Positions 50,879 to 63,590 of a stretch of DNA of 64,000 nucleotides are shown here, one piece after another; the stretch's first letter is position 1, and each line of letters begins with the position of its first letter. This DNA is from Mobula hypostoma (Eukaryota), in the NCBI RefSeq assembly GCF_963921235.1, contig NC_086108.1, positions 65,970,001-66,034,000 of the forward strand, in the 5' to 3' direction. Made by a program: the position numbers and the translations under genes. Under the pieces are notes generated by a model. That model was not told the DNA's origin. It saw only the letters and a list, made by a program, of their open reading frames with translations, and made no database searches.

Positions 50879-51433
50879 CACTCAGTGGCTACTTTATTAG
50901 GTACCTCTTGTATATGATAAAATGTCTACTGAGTGTCTGTTTGTGGTCTTCGGGGGCTGTAGCCTATCCACTTTAAGGTTCTATGTGTTGTGCATTCAGA
51001 GATGCTCTTCTGAACACTACTGCTGTAATGTGTGGTTATTTGAGTTAATATTATCTTCTTGTGAACTTGAACCAGTCTGGCCTTTCTCCTCTGACCTCTC
51101 TCATTATCATGGTGTTTTTGCCCACAGAACTGCTGCTCACTGAATATTTTTTTGTTTTCTGACTCTTTCTTTGTAAATTCTAGACTTCTGTGCATGACAA
51201 TCTCAGATCAATAGTTTCTATGATACTCAAATTTCCCATTTGGCACCAATAACTATTCCATGGTCAGTCATGTTGATCACATTTCTTTCTCCATCCTGAT
51301 GTCTGGTCTGAACAATAACTGAACCTCTTGACCCTGTCTACATGCTTTTATGCATTGAATAGCTGCCACATGATCGGCTGATTAAACATTTGTATTTATG
51401 AGCAGGTGTACATAATAATGTGGCCACTGATTG
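50879..51433 (-). mobile_element. Non-autonomous Tc1-like element with terminal mini-MITE
   Basis: TA-flanked; TIRs cactcagtggctactttattaggtac and gtacataataatgtggccactgattg; ORF 50926..51195 ERGQRRKARLVQ..GYSPRRP. Confidence 0.8.
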
Positions 51434-54400
51434 TATATCTTCAATGGCAATAATGGTTGAACAATCATTATCGATCCTTGAAGTAACATCTACCTACCCA
51501 GTATGATGATGAATAACCAGAAACTTAAATCCTCGTAGTGACATGGTTCTCATGCTCAATATTCTCTTCCATATGAATCAAGAAATCCAAAGCTAAACAA
51601 ATCAATGGCAATTAACCCATTGACCAATCAACCTTTTGTATTGACACTTCTGTCTCTCTTGATATGTCTATAACTGCCTGACTACTTCTATGCAGTATTC
51701 ATGTCTTTTAGTTAAAGACCCAGGAGATTGCCATGCTTCTTAACCACTTTCTCAATCTATCTGCCATCAATAAACCATGGACAATACCTAGCTTCCTATT
51801 CCTGTAAATTATCAAAATTGTGACCTCTTGTTTACATTTCCTGATATCATGATTCTTATGAAAACATAACCATTTTTTCTCAGCATTGAATTTTGCCTGC
51901 TGTCTATCTGCTCATTTCACCCAACCTGTCCATCTCTCTTTGAAATATGTAGTAATCCTCTTCATATTCAACATGCTTCCAGGTTTGATTCCTCTGTAAA
52001 TTAGGAAATGTAGGTTACATGGTCGGCATAACACTCTGGGCCAAAGGGCCTGTAATGTGCTGTAGATTTCTATATTCTGTATTCTATGTTCTGCCCTGCA
52101 CCCCAAGGGTAATTAATTAATATGGAATAGGGAAAGCAGTGATCCATGTACAGAATCCTGGAGAACTTTATGTATCCTTTGCTTTAGTCCAAGAAATAAA
52201 AGTTCACTACTGTTGTATGTTACTCTTACTTAAATCTATTTTATATCTGCATTACTATTGCTATCTATTCCATGGACTTCAATATTGATGCCTTTGGCCC
52301 AGAAGTCCCAAATTTGATTATGTGTGAAGCCTTCTTATTAGTTATATCTTGCTAGCCCATGTGTCAATTTTAAACTTATCTCTTTCTTGCTACTTGACAG
52401 CTGAAAAGGATCAAAGACTAGCCGACAAAACGGTTATAACATCTTTATCAACTACTGAGACAAACCAATTCATTGCCTATTAGTTACAGCTCATGAGGAT
52501 ACATCAGTCTGAGCTCATTAACATCTTAACTACCAATCATATCAGATCCATATTTCAGACTTGAATGAAGACACAATGTTTTAAACAGTGACAGCTTTTA
52601 TAAAGACCATCTTTAAGATAGATTATATAGAAATTCACCGTTGATCACTAATATCAAACCCACACATTGCATTGTACATTGTTCTGCTCACAGCCTGACA
52701 CAAGCTCCAACACCCTATGGAAACAAGAAGTTTGAACACAAAAGGCCAAAGCTCTAGGTTTGTGATTAATGTTGCCCTCTATATATTCAGATACACTAAT
52801 GAAAACTGTAAAGTTTAAAAGTTATAAAAACACTGACCTGCAACGAACTTGGGGAATGGGATGATAGCACTTTGAAAAGGAGGTTGTGCATAAAGTTGGC
52901 ATAATGCTGGCTACTATGTGTAACAAACAATTCAAAGTCCCATATGATCTGCTTGGAAGCTTAATAAGAATTTGCTGTGAAGTTCTACCACTTCTATTTT
53001 AGCAGCTAATTTACTATTTGTTGATGTTTAATAACATTAAGATGTATAAATGTATTGTGATATTAGTCTTTCCTGGAAGTCAGATATTTATTGCGATCCT
53101 TTTTCCTAAATAAAATGTTTGATGTACACATAACCTCCTGACATTGCATTAATTTACTCTTGCTCAAATCTGTTTCAGTGCCTTGTTATAACGGCATCCT
53201 CAGAGATTCTGACACTGATACACTCATGATTTCCTTAGGATCTATTGCAATTCAGCTGCAATTAACATTTCAATGTCAATTTGATTTGGATATATAAGAA
53301 AACCAAGAAAAAGAACAAAGCCTTCACTGTTCATAATTGATTGAATACTTGTTTGTCAAAAATATTGGGTATTCTTAATATTTTAATATAGAAACAGTGC
53401 AGTGGAGCTTCTTGTTACCCTTTGTAAAACTTAGCTTTGACTTTGAAAGGTTGAGATGCTTGACAGACCCCACTTGAATTATAACAACACAGACTCTTGG
53501 CCTGCCTTGATTAATATTCTGTCCTCTCTAAACAATTATCCCAAAACAATCCTGAAGTTTACCATGCAAATCCTTCCCTTGGACAAACTGTTTGATTTTG
53601 CTGAATCATTGCTAAACAGCCTGGAGCAATCAATTGAGAAAATAAAAACAAATAATTAAAGCCAAACCTATTCTTGAAAAATCAACAATTTGCAAAAGGA
53701 ATTTAGTTGTGTGGAAACAGACCTAATTCACCATAAAGGACTTTTGACATAAATTGCAAAGAAAACAAATTGGTTTAGAGATGATCATTTCTAGGCTTTT
53801 GTCTTTAATGTTCATTAGTTGGTATATGTAGGCACACAGTTTCTTACACAACAATCAAGTAGAGGTAGTCCTTTGTGAAAAATGAAGCAAAATGGCTCTG
53901 GTAGAAATATCAGTCTTTGATTTGTCAGTAAACAAGTAGGATGCATTGTTTCTTGCCAGGAATCAGCACTTATTTTACCACATTTTAGAAGGGTAATTTG
54001 TCAATTAATTTTCCATTGCTCCTTTGGCAACATCAGAACACTTTCCCCTGGGTAATCCCATTTTTCTACCACATCCTAAAGGCATGTGGGTCAGTAGGTT
54101 AAATGGCCACTGTGTATTGCTCCTGGTGTTTATGTGTGCAGCAGAATCTTGGGGAAGTTGATTAGACTGGAGGCTGAATATAGTTGGTTTAGTGTAGGAT
54201 TGGTGTAAATGGGTATTCAATGAGTAAATTGACAGAATGGGCAATGAGTCTGAGGACCAAAAGTCGTATTCCTGTGCTGCCTGACTTTATGATTCAATAT
54301 CTTGATTTGGTCTACCTTCGCCATCTGACACACCCTCCACTGCAAAGTGTTCTCTAAGTGCTGGATGGCACTGAGATCAAGGACTCTGAGATTCCTACCT

Positions 54401-54924
54401 ATGGTTTTCATTTGCATGGTAACAAAAAAGATTGTGTCATGGTCTGAAGTTTCCTCAGGTGCTGGCATTTTGATGACTTTATTAAAACAAGCCCATTATT
54501 AGTTCAGGGGAAACTTGAATATGACGATTCAATGGGATTTAGAGTGTTGGTGTCGGGAATTGTCAATGAAACATTGGATGAGAAATTAATTAAAACCAGA
54601 TTATGCAATCAATTGGCCACTAGGCCTAATCTGGACACACTCATCAGGCTGCCAAAACCTATTGCACCTCCACAAGTAAGATCCTATTTTAGATCACCTC
54701 TGGACAGTGGGGTTGGGGGGATGGAGTAAACATTGTTAAAATGAACTTGTGTCAATCAAGGTGAATTATTGATTGGAGAAAGTTAGCTGATACATTCTCT
54801 GCTCAGAGCAGTACAAGTTAGTCATCTCACTGAAAATTGCCAAGAAGCAGTAAATAGAACATAAGCCACAGAGAAATTCATCACAGTAAGAGTAATGAAA
54901 TTCAAATAACAGTGAAAAAAGCTT

Positions 54925-55280
54925 GTAAAAAACTATTGATGCTAGAAATACAAAATAGAAACAGAATATAATGGAAATACTCAGCAGGTCAGGCAGCATC
55001 AGTGGAAAAGGAAAAAGTTAATGTTGAGACGAGAAAATCTGCAGATGCTGGAAATTCAAGCAAAAAACACAAAATGCTGGTGGAATGCAGCAGGCCAGGC
55101 AGCAACTACAGGAAGAAGTACAGTCGACGTTTTGGGCTGAGACCCTTCGTCAGGACGTTCCACCAGCATTTTGTGTGTGAAGTTAATGTTGAGGAAGCCT
55201 GGATCTTAATCATTAACTGTTTATTTTTCTACAGATGTTCCATAACTTGCTGAGTCTTTCCAGCATTTTCTGTTTTGGTC
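54925..55280. mobile_element. Old PLE-derived inverted-repeat element
   Basis: ggaaatactcagcaggtcaggcagcatc on the left, inverted as gatgttccataacttgctgagtctttcc on the right. Confidence 0.55.
55029..55179 (-). mobile_element. Young PLE mini-insertion with hammerhead remnant
   Basis: 14-bp TSD aagttaatgttgag at 55015-55028 and 55180-55193; internal inverted repeat cacaaaatgctggtggaa/ttccaccagcattttgtg. Confidence 0.8.
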
Positions 55281-55639
55281 TTTTGATCTAAATTGCAATA
55301 TTTCTAACATTGGATGGGACTTTAAGATGAATTCTGTATGACTCATAAGAATATCATTATTTGATTAAGTTGATCCTGATACATTATTAATTCGAAGTAA
55401 ATTGTTCAACTCAGTTTGTTATTAAAACAGAAGATTTTAACCCAGAAAAAAATATGCTTTTGTGCTATAAGTTACAAGAGAAAACTGTTGAAATAATTGT
55501 AACAGTTCCAGAAAAATAAAGGGCTTTCATCAATTTGTTGAGAAGATTGATTGTTGAGGTGATTTTTTTTTTAAGAATGGGGTTGGGGGATGGATGGGAA
55601 TTCTTAGGATAGAATGGTCTCTTCCAAAACGAATAAACT

Positions 55640-56160
55640 TTACAAACATCGGTTACAGCACACTTGGAGGATTATCTGTAGTTCTGGTAACTACAGTTGC
55701 AGGAATGATGTGATTATGGTTAAGAGACTAGAGAGGAGGTCCACCAGGATGTTGTCTAGGTTGGAGGACTTCAATTATGGAATGAGATTGATAGGCTAGA
55801 TTTGTTTTCCCTGAAGTGAAGGAAGTTGTGGGATAACCAAATAAAAACATATGAGAAAATGATAGATAGTCAAAATCTTTTATCCATGGCAGGGGTAACA
55901 AAAGCAAGAGGTCACACGTTAATGATTTAAAGGGTTAAGTGATTTTACACAGAAAGATTTTGCTATCTGGAAGCCATTGCAAGAGGAGGTGGTGGAATCA
56001 AATACACCTACTATGTTTAAGGTGCATTTAGACAGGCAATTAAATAGGCACGGCGTAAGAGGATAAGGCCCATTGCAGGCAAATAGGATTCGCGCAGATG
56101 GGTGAAAAGGTCAGCGTGGACATGGTGGACTGAAGGTCCTAATTGTGTTATGGCCCTATG
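55640..56160 (+). mobile_element. Old CR1 3' fragment
   Basis: RRSTRMLSRLEDFNY; CR1 3'UTR ggtcagcgtggacatggtggactgaagg. Confidence 0.7.
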
Positions 56161-57304
56161 AAGAACTTATTTACCGAGCAATAGAGCTTTTCATCAATAT
56201 AATGCATTTCTAAATCTTCATATTGAGCACTGCCATGGTTTCTATTTCCATATTATAAAATGTATACAAATATGCAATAGTATTTCCATTGACTTATTGA
56301 ATATATATATTTTTTGACATGCCATTTAGCATCAACACACCTGTGCAGTGTTAAATAACACTGCAACATTGTTTGAAAACTTTTGAAAGTAGCAATGGTA
56401 TATTTGTGAAAATGGATATCGCTTTGTCTAATGACTGCTCTCCATCTCTGTTGATCCTGTCATTTCTATGCACCACTTGCTATAAAAGTGCCATTAAGAG
56501 GCAGGGAAGGCTATTACACAGAGTTTGTTGGGTTCAGTCAAGACTAGTCAGGGCTGAAGCTTAAAAAATACTTTGTTTCATCCTCGCTCCTTGATTTCAA
56601 CATTTTATTTCAATGGTATCTTACCACAGTTGTGGAGAATCTTCTAGTTCACCAATTGTCCCTACTAATTTTTATTAAAATCTTCCATGTTAATCTCATA
56701 TGCTGTTATTTATGTTCATATTGTTTAATTTCTTTGAAAAAGATGGTTTTAATCTGAAGTCATGCTTCCCTCTAAGTGCTTTGTTTCTGTCTCTGTTTAG
56801 ATAAACGACTTAAAACTTTTATCATTCAGCCAAATGTGGCAATTTATCTGAGAAGCGGGTGATAGGAGTACAAAAAGGCTGCAAGAGGAACTGAAGGCGT
56901 CCGTGTGAATTGTATGTTGCAATCTATAATGAAAGACCATCACGTTCTTTTCCCTCAGAGCTCATCTTTGTCTTAACTTGGAAAGTTTAATCTTAGAGAA
57001 TAGTATAAAAACTGTATGACCCTGCTTTCTAGTGATGACAGATCTTCCTATAGACCATCAAACACATAGAACAAAAATGCAATTAGGGAGAATGAAACAA
57101 CAAATGCTAATTGAAAAGATAATTTTGTATGAATCAGAACTAGAAACATAGGCCTAGTAGGCAGTGTCTATGGAAAGAACAATTGAGTTCATGTTTTGAC
57201 TTTCGATGCTTTGACCAAAAATTTGTTTTGAAGCTTGTGGAGTATTCTGAACATTTAGATGAGCAACATTTATTCACTGAAATGGGTTGATATTGCCTCG
57301 GTTA

Positions 57305-57604
57305 ATTAGATAGATAGATACTTTATTGACCCCAAAGGAAATTACAGTGTCACAGTAGCATTACAAGTGCACAGACGTACAAATATTAGAAGAGAAGTAA
57401 GAAGAATAAAAAATAAGTTACCTTAAAAATAAGATGTACAAGGTTTCCAAGTCAAAGATTACAAGATTTACAAGATTTCCAAGTTTACACTGATAAGGTG
57501 GTAGTGCAAGAATTACTATAATGTTATATAGTAATGGTGCACATTCACACCCTCCAGATAAGAAGTGTTGGTAGTATTGCACAGAGTGTCCATGATAGCA
57601 GGGT
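57305..57604 (-). mobile_element. LINE 3'UTR with (TCTA)n tail
   Basis: (taga)n followed by tactttattg (minus-strand AATAAA). Confidence 0.5.
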
Positions 57605-57607
57605 ATG

Positions 57608-58035
57608 GTAAACCTTAATGCAATTGAGAATTTGTGGCTGGACCTGAAAAGTGCTGTTCACTCACAATCCCCATGCAATCTGACAGAGCTTGCACAGTTT
57701 TGTAAAGAAGAATGGAGAAAAGTTGCAGTGCCCAGATGTGCAAAGCTGATAGAGACCTATTCACATACACTCAAGGCTGTAATTGCTGCCAAATTTGCAT
57801 CTACTAAATACTGACTTGAAGGGGGTGAATATTTATGCAATCTATTATATTGTGTCTTATATTATTAATTAAATTAGATCACTTTGTAGAGATAGGTTTT
57901 CCCTTTGATACAAAAGATTCTTTTTCTGTTTTGATCAGTGTAAAAGAAAAGCCAAATCCACTGTGACTCAATGTTGTAAAGCAGTAAAACATGAATACTT
58001 CTGGGGGGGAGGGTGAATACTTTTTATAAGTACTG
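57608..58035 (+). mobile_element. Tc1 3' fragment
   Basis: LNAIENLWLDLK..LKAVIAAKFASTKY*; repeated gggtgaata(t/c) and terminal tactg-TA. Confidence 0.8.
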
Positions 58036-58057
58036 TATGTCGAGACTCATCAGTGTT

Positions 58058-58515
58058 AAGGAGGAGGCTGTACCAGCAGCACTGAATATAGTAGATGACC
58101 CCAACAAACTTGCAGGTGCAATGTTGTTTCATCTGGAAAGACTGTCAGGACCCTGAATGATGGTAAGTGAAAAGATAAAGAGGCAGATGTAGCATTTGTC
58201 CTGCTTGCAGGAGTACGTGCCAGGAGGGAAATTAGTGAGGAGGAATGTGGACAAGTGAGTCATGTCAGAAAGCAGAGAGTCGGGTGGGGAGATGTGATTG
58301 GTGGTACAATCTTGACGAAGATGGTAGGTATTACAGAGAATGATGTGTTAGATACTAAGGCTTATGGGGTAGTAGAAAAGGACCAGGGGAATGCTATCCC
58401 TGTTATGATGTCAGGAAGATAAAGTGAGGGCAGATGTCTGGGAAATGAAGGAGATGCAGCATTTATGGTAGAGGAAGGGAACCCCTGTTCGTTGAAGAAG
58501 GAAGACCTCTCAGAG
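58058..58515 (-). mobile_element. Old Penelope-like ORF fragment (RT thumb, Cys linker, start of GIY-YIG)
   Basis: Minus strand SFFNEQGFPSSTIN, RDSIPLVL, PGTYSCKQDKCYIC, QSFQMKQHCTC..GVIYYIQC. Confidence 0.7.
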
Positions 58516-59864
58516 TTTCAATATCCAATCTAATTAGTCAGAGCTAATTGTATCATACCTTGTCCACAGTTAGAACACAACCATGTAGAAGTCTTATTCA
58601 TGCCAATTACCTTTGGCCCTAAAGGCCTCAGAAGACAGTTTGACCCCCTTTGTCTACATTTGAGGTTTAAATCCACAGTGAGTATCATAACATGCTGACT
58701 TGACTGAGGAGCTTTACATGCCTGTGGTCACTGCTGTTAGAATTCCAATTACTTTAGTCAATTATTTTCTTCTCCTTTATAGTTGTGTACTGAAAATGAG
58801 ATTAAACAATCTTGAATCTTAAATGGTTGTAAGTATTGAGCTGGGAGATGGTTTGTGGCTTTCTTTCAAAAAATATAATCCTATTCTCCACCTTAACTCA
58901 TATGCAAATAAATATGATGCACTTCTTTTGCTAAAGAATACCAAATTGTTATATCCGCAAACTAATCAGAACATCATGCACCAAGGAAGAATATTGTTTA
59001 AAAGGCTTTTGGTTTTCCAACTGAGGCAATGGAATTATTTTCCTTTACCTCTGAGAGTTGAGAAATATAAATACGTGAATCAGGAGCAAATATGACTATA
59101 TGAGTTAGGCTGTGCCTACTGGCTTGCCATTCATTAATTTCAAAGTTGACTTGATTATAGCCCCAATTCTATACTCTCATTTATACCTGATAAATCTTCA
59201 TCCTTGTTTATCAAGAATCTATCTGCTCCCACTTCAACAACACTTAAAGATTCTGCTCTACTGCTCTTTGAGGAGGATAGTTTCAAAAACTCACAAGCTT
59301 GAAGGGAAATAGAATTCACATAATCTCTGCCTTAATTGCGTGACCACTTTTTATGAGACAGTGATTTCTGGTTAGAAATTCTCACACAAGTAGGAATATC
59401 TTCTCAACAAACTGAGTTTGATTGGCCCCATAGCATCATACATATTTCAATCAAGTCACTTCTTATTAAAATTCAGGGTTAAATATATAACCAGTTTAAC
59501 TTTTTTTCATAAGACAGCTCACCAACTCTGTGTGGAAGTTTGGTAAACATTGTCATAGTTTAATCATCATTTCTAGTCTGGCCACAGTCTAGTGAACATT
59601 TCCTACACAAGGAGTGAATAAAACAGCGCTTTGCAGACTGTCTAGATTTTATGCTTATCTAGATTAGAATTCAAATCTGTTCATTGAGAGGTCATAGTGA
59701 AACCACAGAACTAAGTTGTGCACGGATAACAATGAATCATTTTTGCATCATTGTAGAATTGCAACAACATTAATTCAACTTAAACTTTCTGAGAAACTTG
59801 AACAATATGTCTTCATCTGAAGTTTGATAGAGATGCAGTAGCACAAACTACAAAGAAGGATTAA

Positions 59865-60088
59865 ATTTCCCACCATAGGAAACATCCTCTCCACGTCCAC
59901 CCTATATAGTCCTGTCAACATTTGGTAGGTCTCAATGAGATCCCCCCGTTACTCTTCTAAATTCCAATGAGTACAGGCCCAAGCTGCCAAACTCTCCTCA
60001 TATGTTAACCACTTCATTCCCGGAATCATCCTTGTGAACCTCCTCTGGACTTTCTCCAATGACAACACATCCTTTCTGAGATACGGGG
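59865..60088 (-). mobile_element. CR1 RT C-terminal fragment
   Basis: Minus strand RKDVLSLEKVQRRFTRMIPG, GDLIETYQML; resembles 50370-50585. Confidence 0.8.
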
Positions 60089-60652
60089 AATAGAATGAGC
60101 TGGAAGATAAATGTGTGGCTGAGGGATTGGAGCAGAGGGCACGGATTCAGATTTCTGGATCATTGGGACCCTTTTTTGGGGCGGGTGTGACCTGTACAAA
60201 AAGGATGGATTGCATTTGAATCGCAAGGGAACCAATATCCTGGCTGGGAGGTTTGCAAAGGCTATTGGGGAGAGTTTAAACTAGAATTACTGGGGGGTGG
60301 GAACTGAACTGAAGTGATGAAGGAAGAAGCAGTTGGCTCACAAATAGAGAAAGGTTGGAGACAGTGTGAGAGGGAGGAAAGGCAGGTGATAGAGAAGGGA
60401 TGCGCTCAGACTGATGATTTGAAATGTGTCTATTTTAATGCAAGGAGTATTATGAATAAAGCAGAGCGTGTATCAGTACTTGGAGCTATGATGTTGTGGC
60501 CATTGCAGAGACTTGGATGGCTCAGGGGCAGGAATGGTTACTTCGAGTGCCAGGCTTTAGATGTTTCAGAAAGGACAGGGAGGGAGTCAAAAGACGCACA
60601 TCAAATTTGATGGTGAACGCAGCAGGCCAGGCAGCATCTCTAGGAAGAGGGA

Positions 60653-60690
60653 CAGTCGACGTTTCGGACCGAGACCCTTCGTCAGGACTA
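60653..60690 (-). ncRNA. Minimal type I hammerhead ribozyme, core intact
   Basis: UAGUC-CUGACGA-A-GGG-UCUCGG-UCC-GAAA-C-GUC-GACUG: stem I, CUGAnGA, stem II, GAAA and GUC site. Confidence 0.8.
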
Positions 60691-61415
60691 ACTGAAGGAA
60701 GAGCTAGTAAGAGATTTGAAAGTGGGAGGGGGAGATCTAAAATGATAGGACAAGACAGGAGGGGGAGGGATGGAGCCAAGAGCTGGACAGGTGATTGGCA
60801 AAAGGGATATGAGAGGATCATGGGACAGGAGGCCCAGGGAGAAGGAAAAGGGGGAGGGGGGGAAAAACCCAGAGGATGGGAAAGGGGTATAGTCAGAGGG
60901 ACAGAGGGCGAAAAAGGAGAGAGAGAAAGCAGGATCTCCCAGTGGCCACACATTTTAATTCCACATCCCATTCCCATTCTGACATGTCTATCCACGGCCT
61001 CCTCTACTGTAAAGATGAAGCCACACTCAGGCTGGAGGAACAACACCTTATATTCCGTCTGGGTAGCCTCCAACCTGATGGCATGAACATTGACTTCTCT
61101 AACTTCCGCTAATGCCCCACCTCCCCCTCGTACCACATCCGTTATTTATTTATATATACACACATTCTTTCTCTCTCTCTCTCCTTTTTCGCCCTCTGTC
61201 CCTCTGACTATACCCCTTGCCCATCCTCTGGGTTTCCCCCCCCCTCACCCTTTTCCTTCTCCCTGGGCCTCCTGTCCCATGATCCTCTCATATCCCTTTT
61301 GCCAATCACCTGTCCAGCTTTTGGCTCCATCCCTCCCCCTCCTGTCTTCTCCTGTCATTTTGGATCTCCCCCTCCCCCTCCCACTTTCAAATCTCTTACT
61401 AGCTCTTCCTTCAGT

Positions 61416-61453
61416 TAGTCCTGACGAAGGGTCTCAGCCCGTAACGTCGACTG
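61416..61453 (+). ncRNA. Hammerhead motif with GAAA changed to GUAA
   Basis: tagtc ctgacga agggtctcagccc gtaa c gtc gactg. Confidence 0.6.
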
Positions 61454-62531
61454 TACCTCTTCCTACAGATGTTGCCTAGCCTGCTGCGTTCACCAGCAAA
61501 TTTGATGTGTGTTGCTTGAATTTCCAGTATCTGCAGAATTCCTCGTGTTTACGGGAGTCAAAAGAGGTGGGGCGTGGCACTGTAGATCAGAGATAGTGTC
61601 ACGGCTGCAGAAAAGGAGGAAGTTATGAGGGATTGTCTGCAGAGTCTCTGTGGGTGGAATTTAGGAACAGAAAGGGGCCTATAACTCTACTGGGTGTTTT
61701 TTATAGACCACCCAATAGTAACAGGGATATCGAGGAGCAGATACGGAGACAGATTCTGGAAAGGTATAATAGTAACAGGGTTGTTGTGGTGGGAGATTTT
61801 AATTTCCCAAATATCGATTGGCATTTCCCTAGAGCGAGGGGTTTAGATGGGGTAAAGTTTGTTTGGTGCGTTCAGGAAAGTTTCTTGACACTATATGTAG
61901 GTAAGTCTACAAGAGGGGAGGTTGTACTTGATTTGGTATTGGGAAATGAACCTGTTCAGGTGTCAGATCTCTCAGTGGGAGAGCATTTTGGAGACAGGGA
62001 TCACAACTCTATCTCCTTTACCATAGCATTGGAGAGGGATAGGAACAGACAAGTTAGGAATGTGTTTATTTGGAGTAAGGGGAAACATGAGGCTGTCAGG
62101 CAGGAACTTGGAAGCATAAATTAGAAACAGATGTTCTCAGGGAAACGTATGGAAGCAATGTGGCAAATGTTCAGGGGATATTTGCGTGGATTCTGCATAG
62201 GTACATCCCATGAGACAAGGAAAGGATGGTAGGGTTCAGGAACTGTGGTGTACAAAGGCTGTTGTAATCTAGTCAAGAAGACAAGACGAGCTTATGAAAG
62301 TTTCAAAAAACTAGGCAATGATGGAGATCGAGAAGATTATAAGGCTAGCAGGAGGGAGCTTAAGAAGGAAATTAGGAGAGCCAGAAAGAGCCATGAGAAG
62401 GCCTTGGCGGACAGGATTAAAAAAACCCCAAGAATGTGAATAGCAAGAGGATAAGATGTGAGAGAATAGAACCAATCAAATGTGACTGTGGAAAAGTGTG
62501 TTGGAACCGGAAGAGATAGCAAAGGTACTTA

Positions 62532-63590
62532 ATGAGTACTTTGCTTCAGTATTCACTGCGAAAAAGGGTCATGGCGATTGTAGGGATGACTTACAACGGA
62601 CTGAAAAGCTTGAGCATGAAGATATTAAGGAAAAGGATGTGCTGGAGCTTTTGGAAAGCATCAAGTTGCATAAGTCACGCAGATGAAATGTACCCCAGGC
62701 TACTGTGGGAGGCAAGGGAGGAGATTGTTGAGCCTCTGATGATGGTCTTTGCATCATCAATGGGTATGGGAGACGTTCCAGAGGATTGGAGGGTTGCGGA
62801 TGCTGTTCCATTATTCAAGAAAGGGTGTAGAGCTAGCCCAGGAAATTGTAGACAAGTGAGTCTTACTTCAGTGGTTGGTAAATTGATGGAGAAGATCCTG
62901 AGAGGCAGGATTTATGAACATTTGAAGAGGTATAATATGATTAGGAATAGTCAGCATGGCTCTGTCAAAGGCAGGTCATGCCTTACAAGCCTGATTGAAT
63001 TTTTTGAGGATGTGACTAAATTCATTGATGAAGGTCGAGCCATGGATGTAGTGTATATGGATTTTAGCAAGGCATTTGATAAGGTACCCCATGCCAGGCC
63101 TATTGAGAAAGTAAGGAGGCATGTGATCCAAGGGGACATTGCTTTGTGGATCCAGAATTGGCTTGCCCACAGAAGGCAAAGAGTGGTTGTAGATGGGTCA
63201 TATTCTGCATGGAGGTCGGTGACCAGTGGTGTGCCTCAGGGATCTGTTCTGGGATCCCTACTCTTAATGATTTTTATAAATGACCTGGATGAGGAGGTGG
63301 AGAGATGGGTTAGTAAATTTGCTGATGACACAAAGGTTGGGGGTGTTGTGGATAGTGTGGAGGGCTGTCAGAGGTTACGGCGGGACATTGATAGGAGGCA
63401 AAACTGGGCTGAGAAGTGGCAGATGGAGTTCAACCCAGATAAGTGTGAGGTGGTTCATTTTGGTAGGTCAAATTTGATGGCAGAATGTAATATTAATGTT
63501 AAGACTCTTGGCAGTGTGGAGGATCAGAGGGATCTTGGGGTCCAAGTACATAGAACACTCAAAACTGCTGCTCAGGTTGACTGTGATTAA
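62532..63590 (+). pseudogene. CR1 reverse transcriptase open stretch (352-aa ORF, RT-like from about 62688)
   Basis: PEDWRVADAVPLFKKG, YMDFSKAFDKVPH, SGVPQGSVLG, SKFADDTKVGG; flanked by frameshifts and stops. Confidence 0.9.

Larger units (their letters stand above)
60595..61552 (+). mobile_element. 5'-truncated Penelope-like element with inverted pseudo-LTR
   Basis: 13-bp TSD gggagtcaaaaga at 60582-60594 and 61553-61565; arm 60595-60929 is inverted at about 61167-61511; centre encodes GIY-YIG C-terminus LPVATHFNSTSH..LEEQHLIFRLGSLQPDGMN. Confidence 0.9.

Noticed and set aside
54560..54690. LIKTRLCNQL..LDTLIRL resembling a hAT C-terminal motif
   Set aside because: Too short and degenerate to support.
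56780..56930. Acceptor-like ctgtttag followed by a short frame
   Set aside because: All frames stop quickly and there is no good donor.
62532..63590. Longest ORF as a functional or host gene
   Set aside because: It is the RT part of a CR1 whose upstream and downstream frames are broken.
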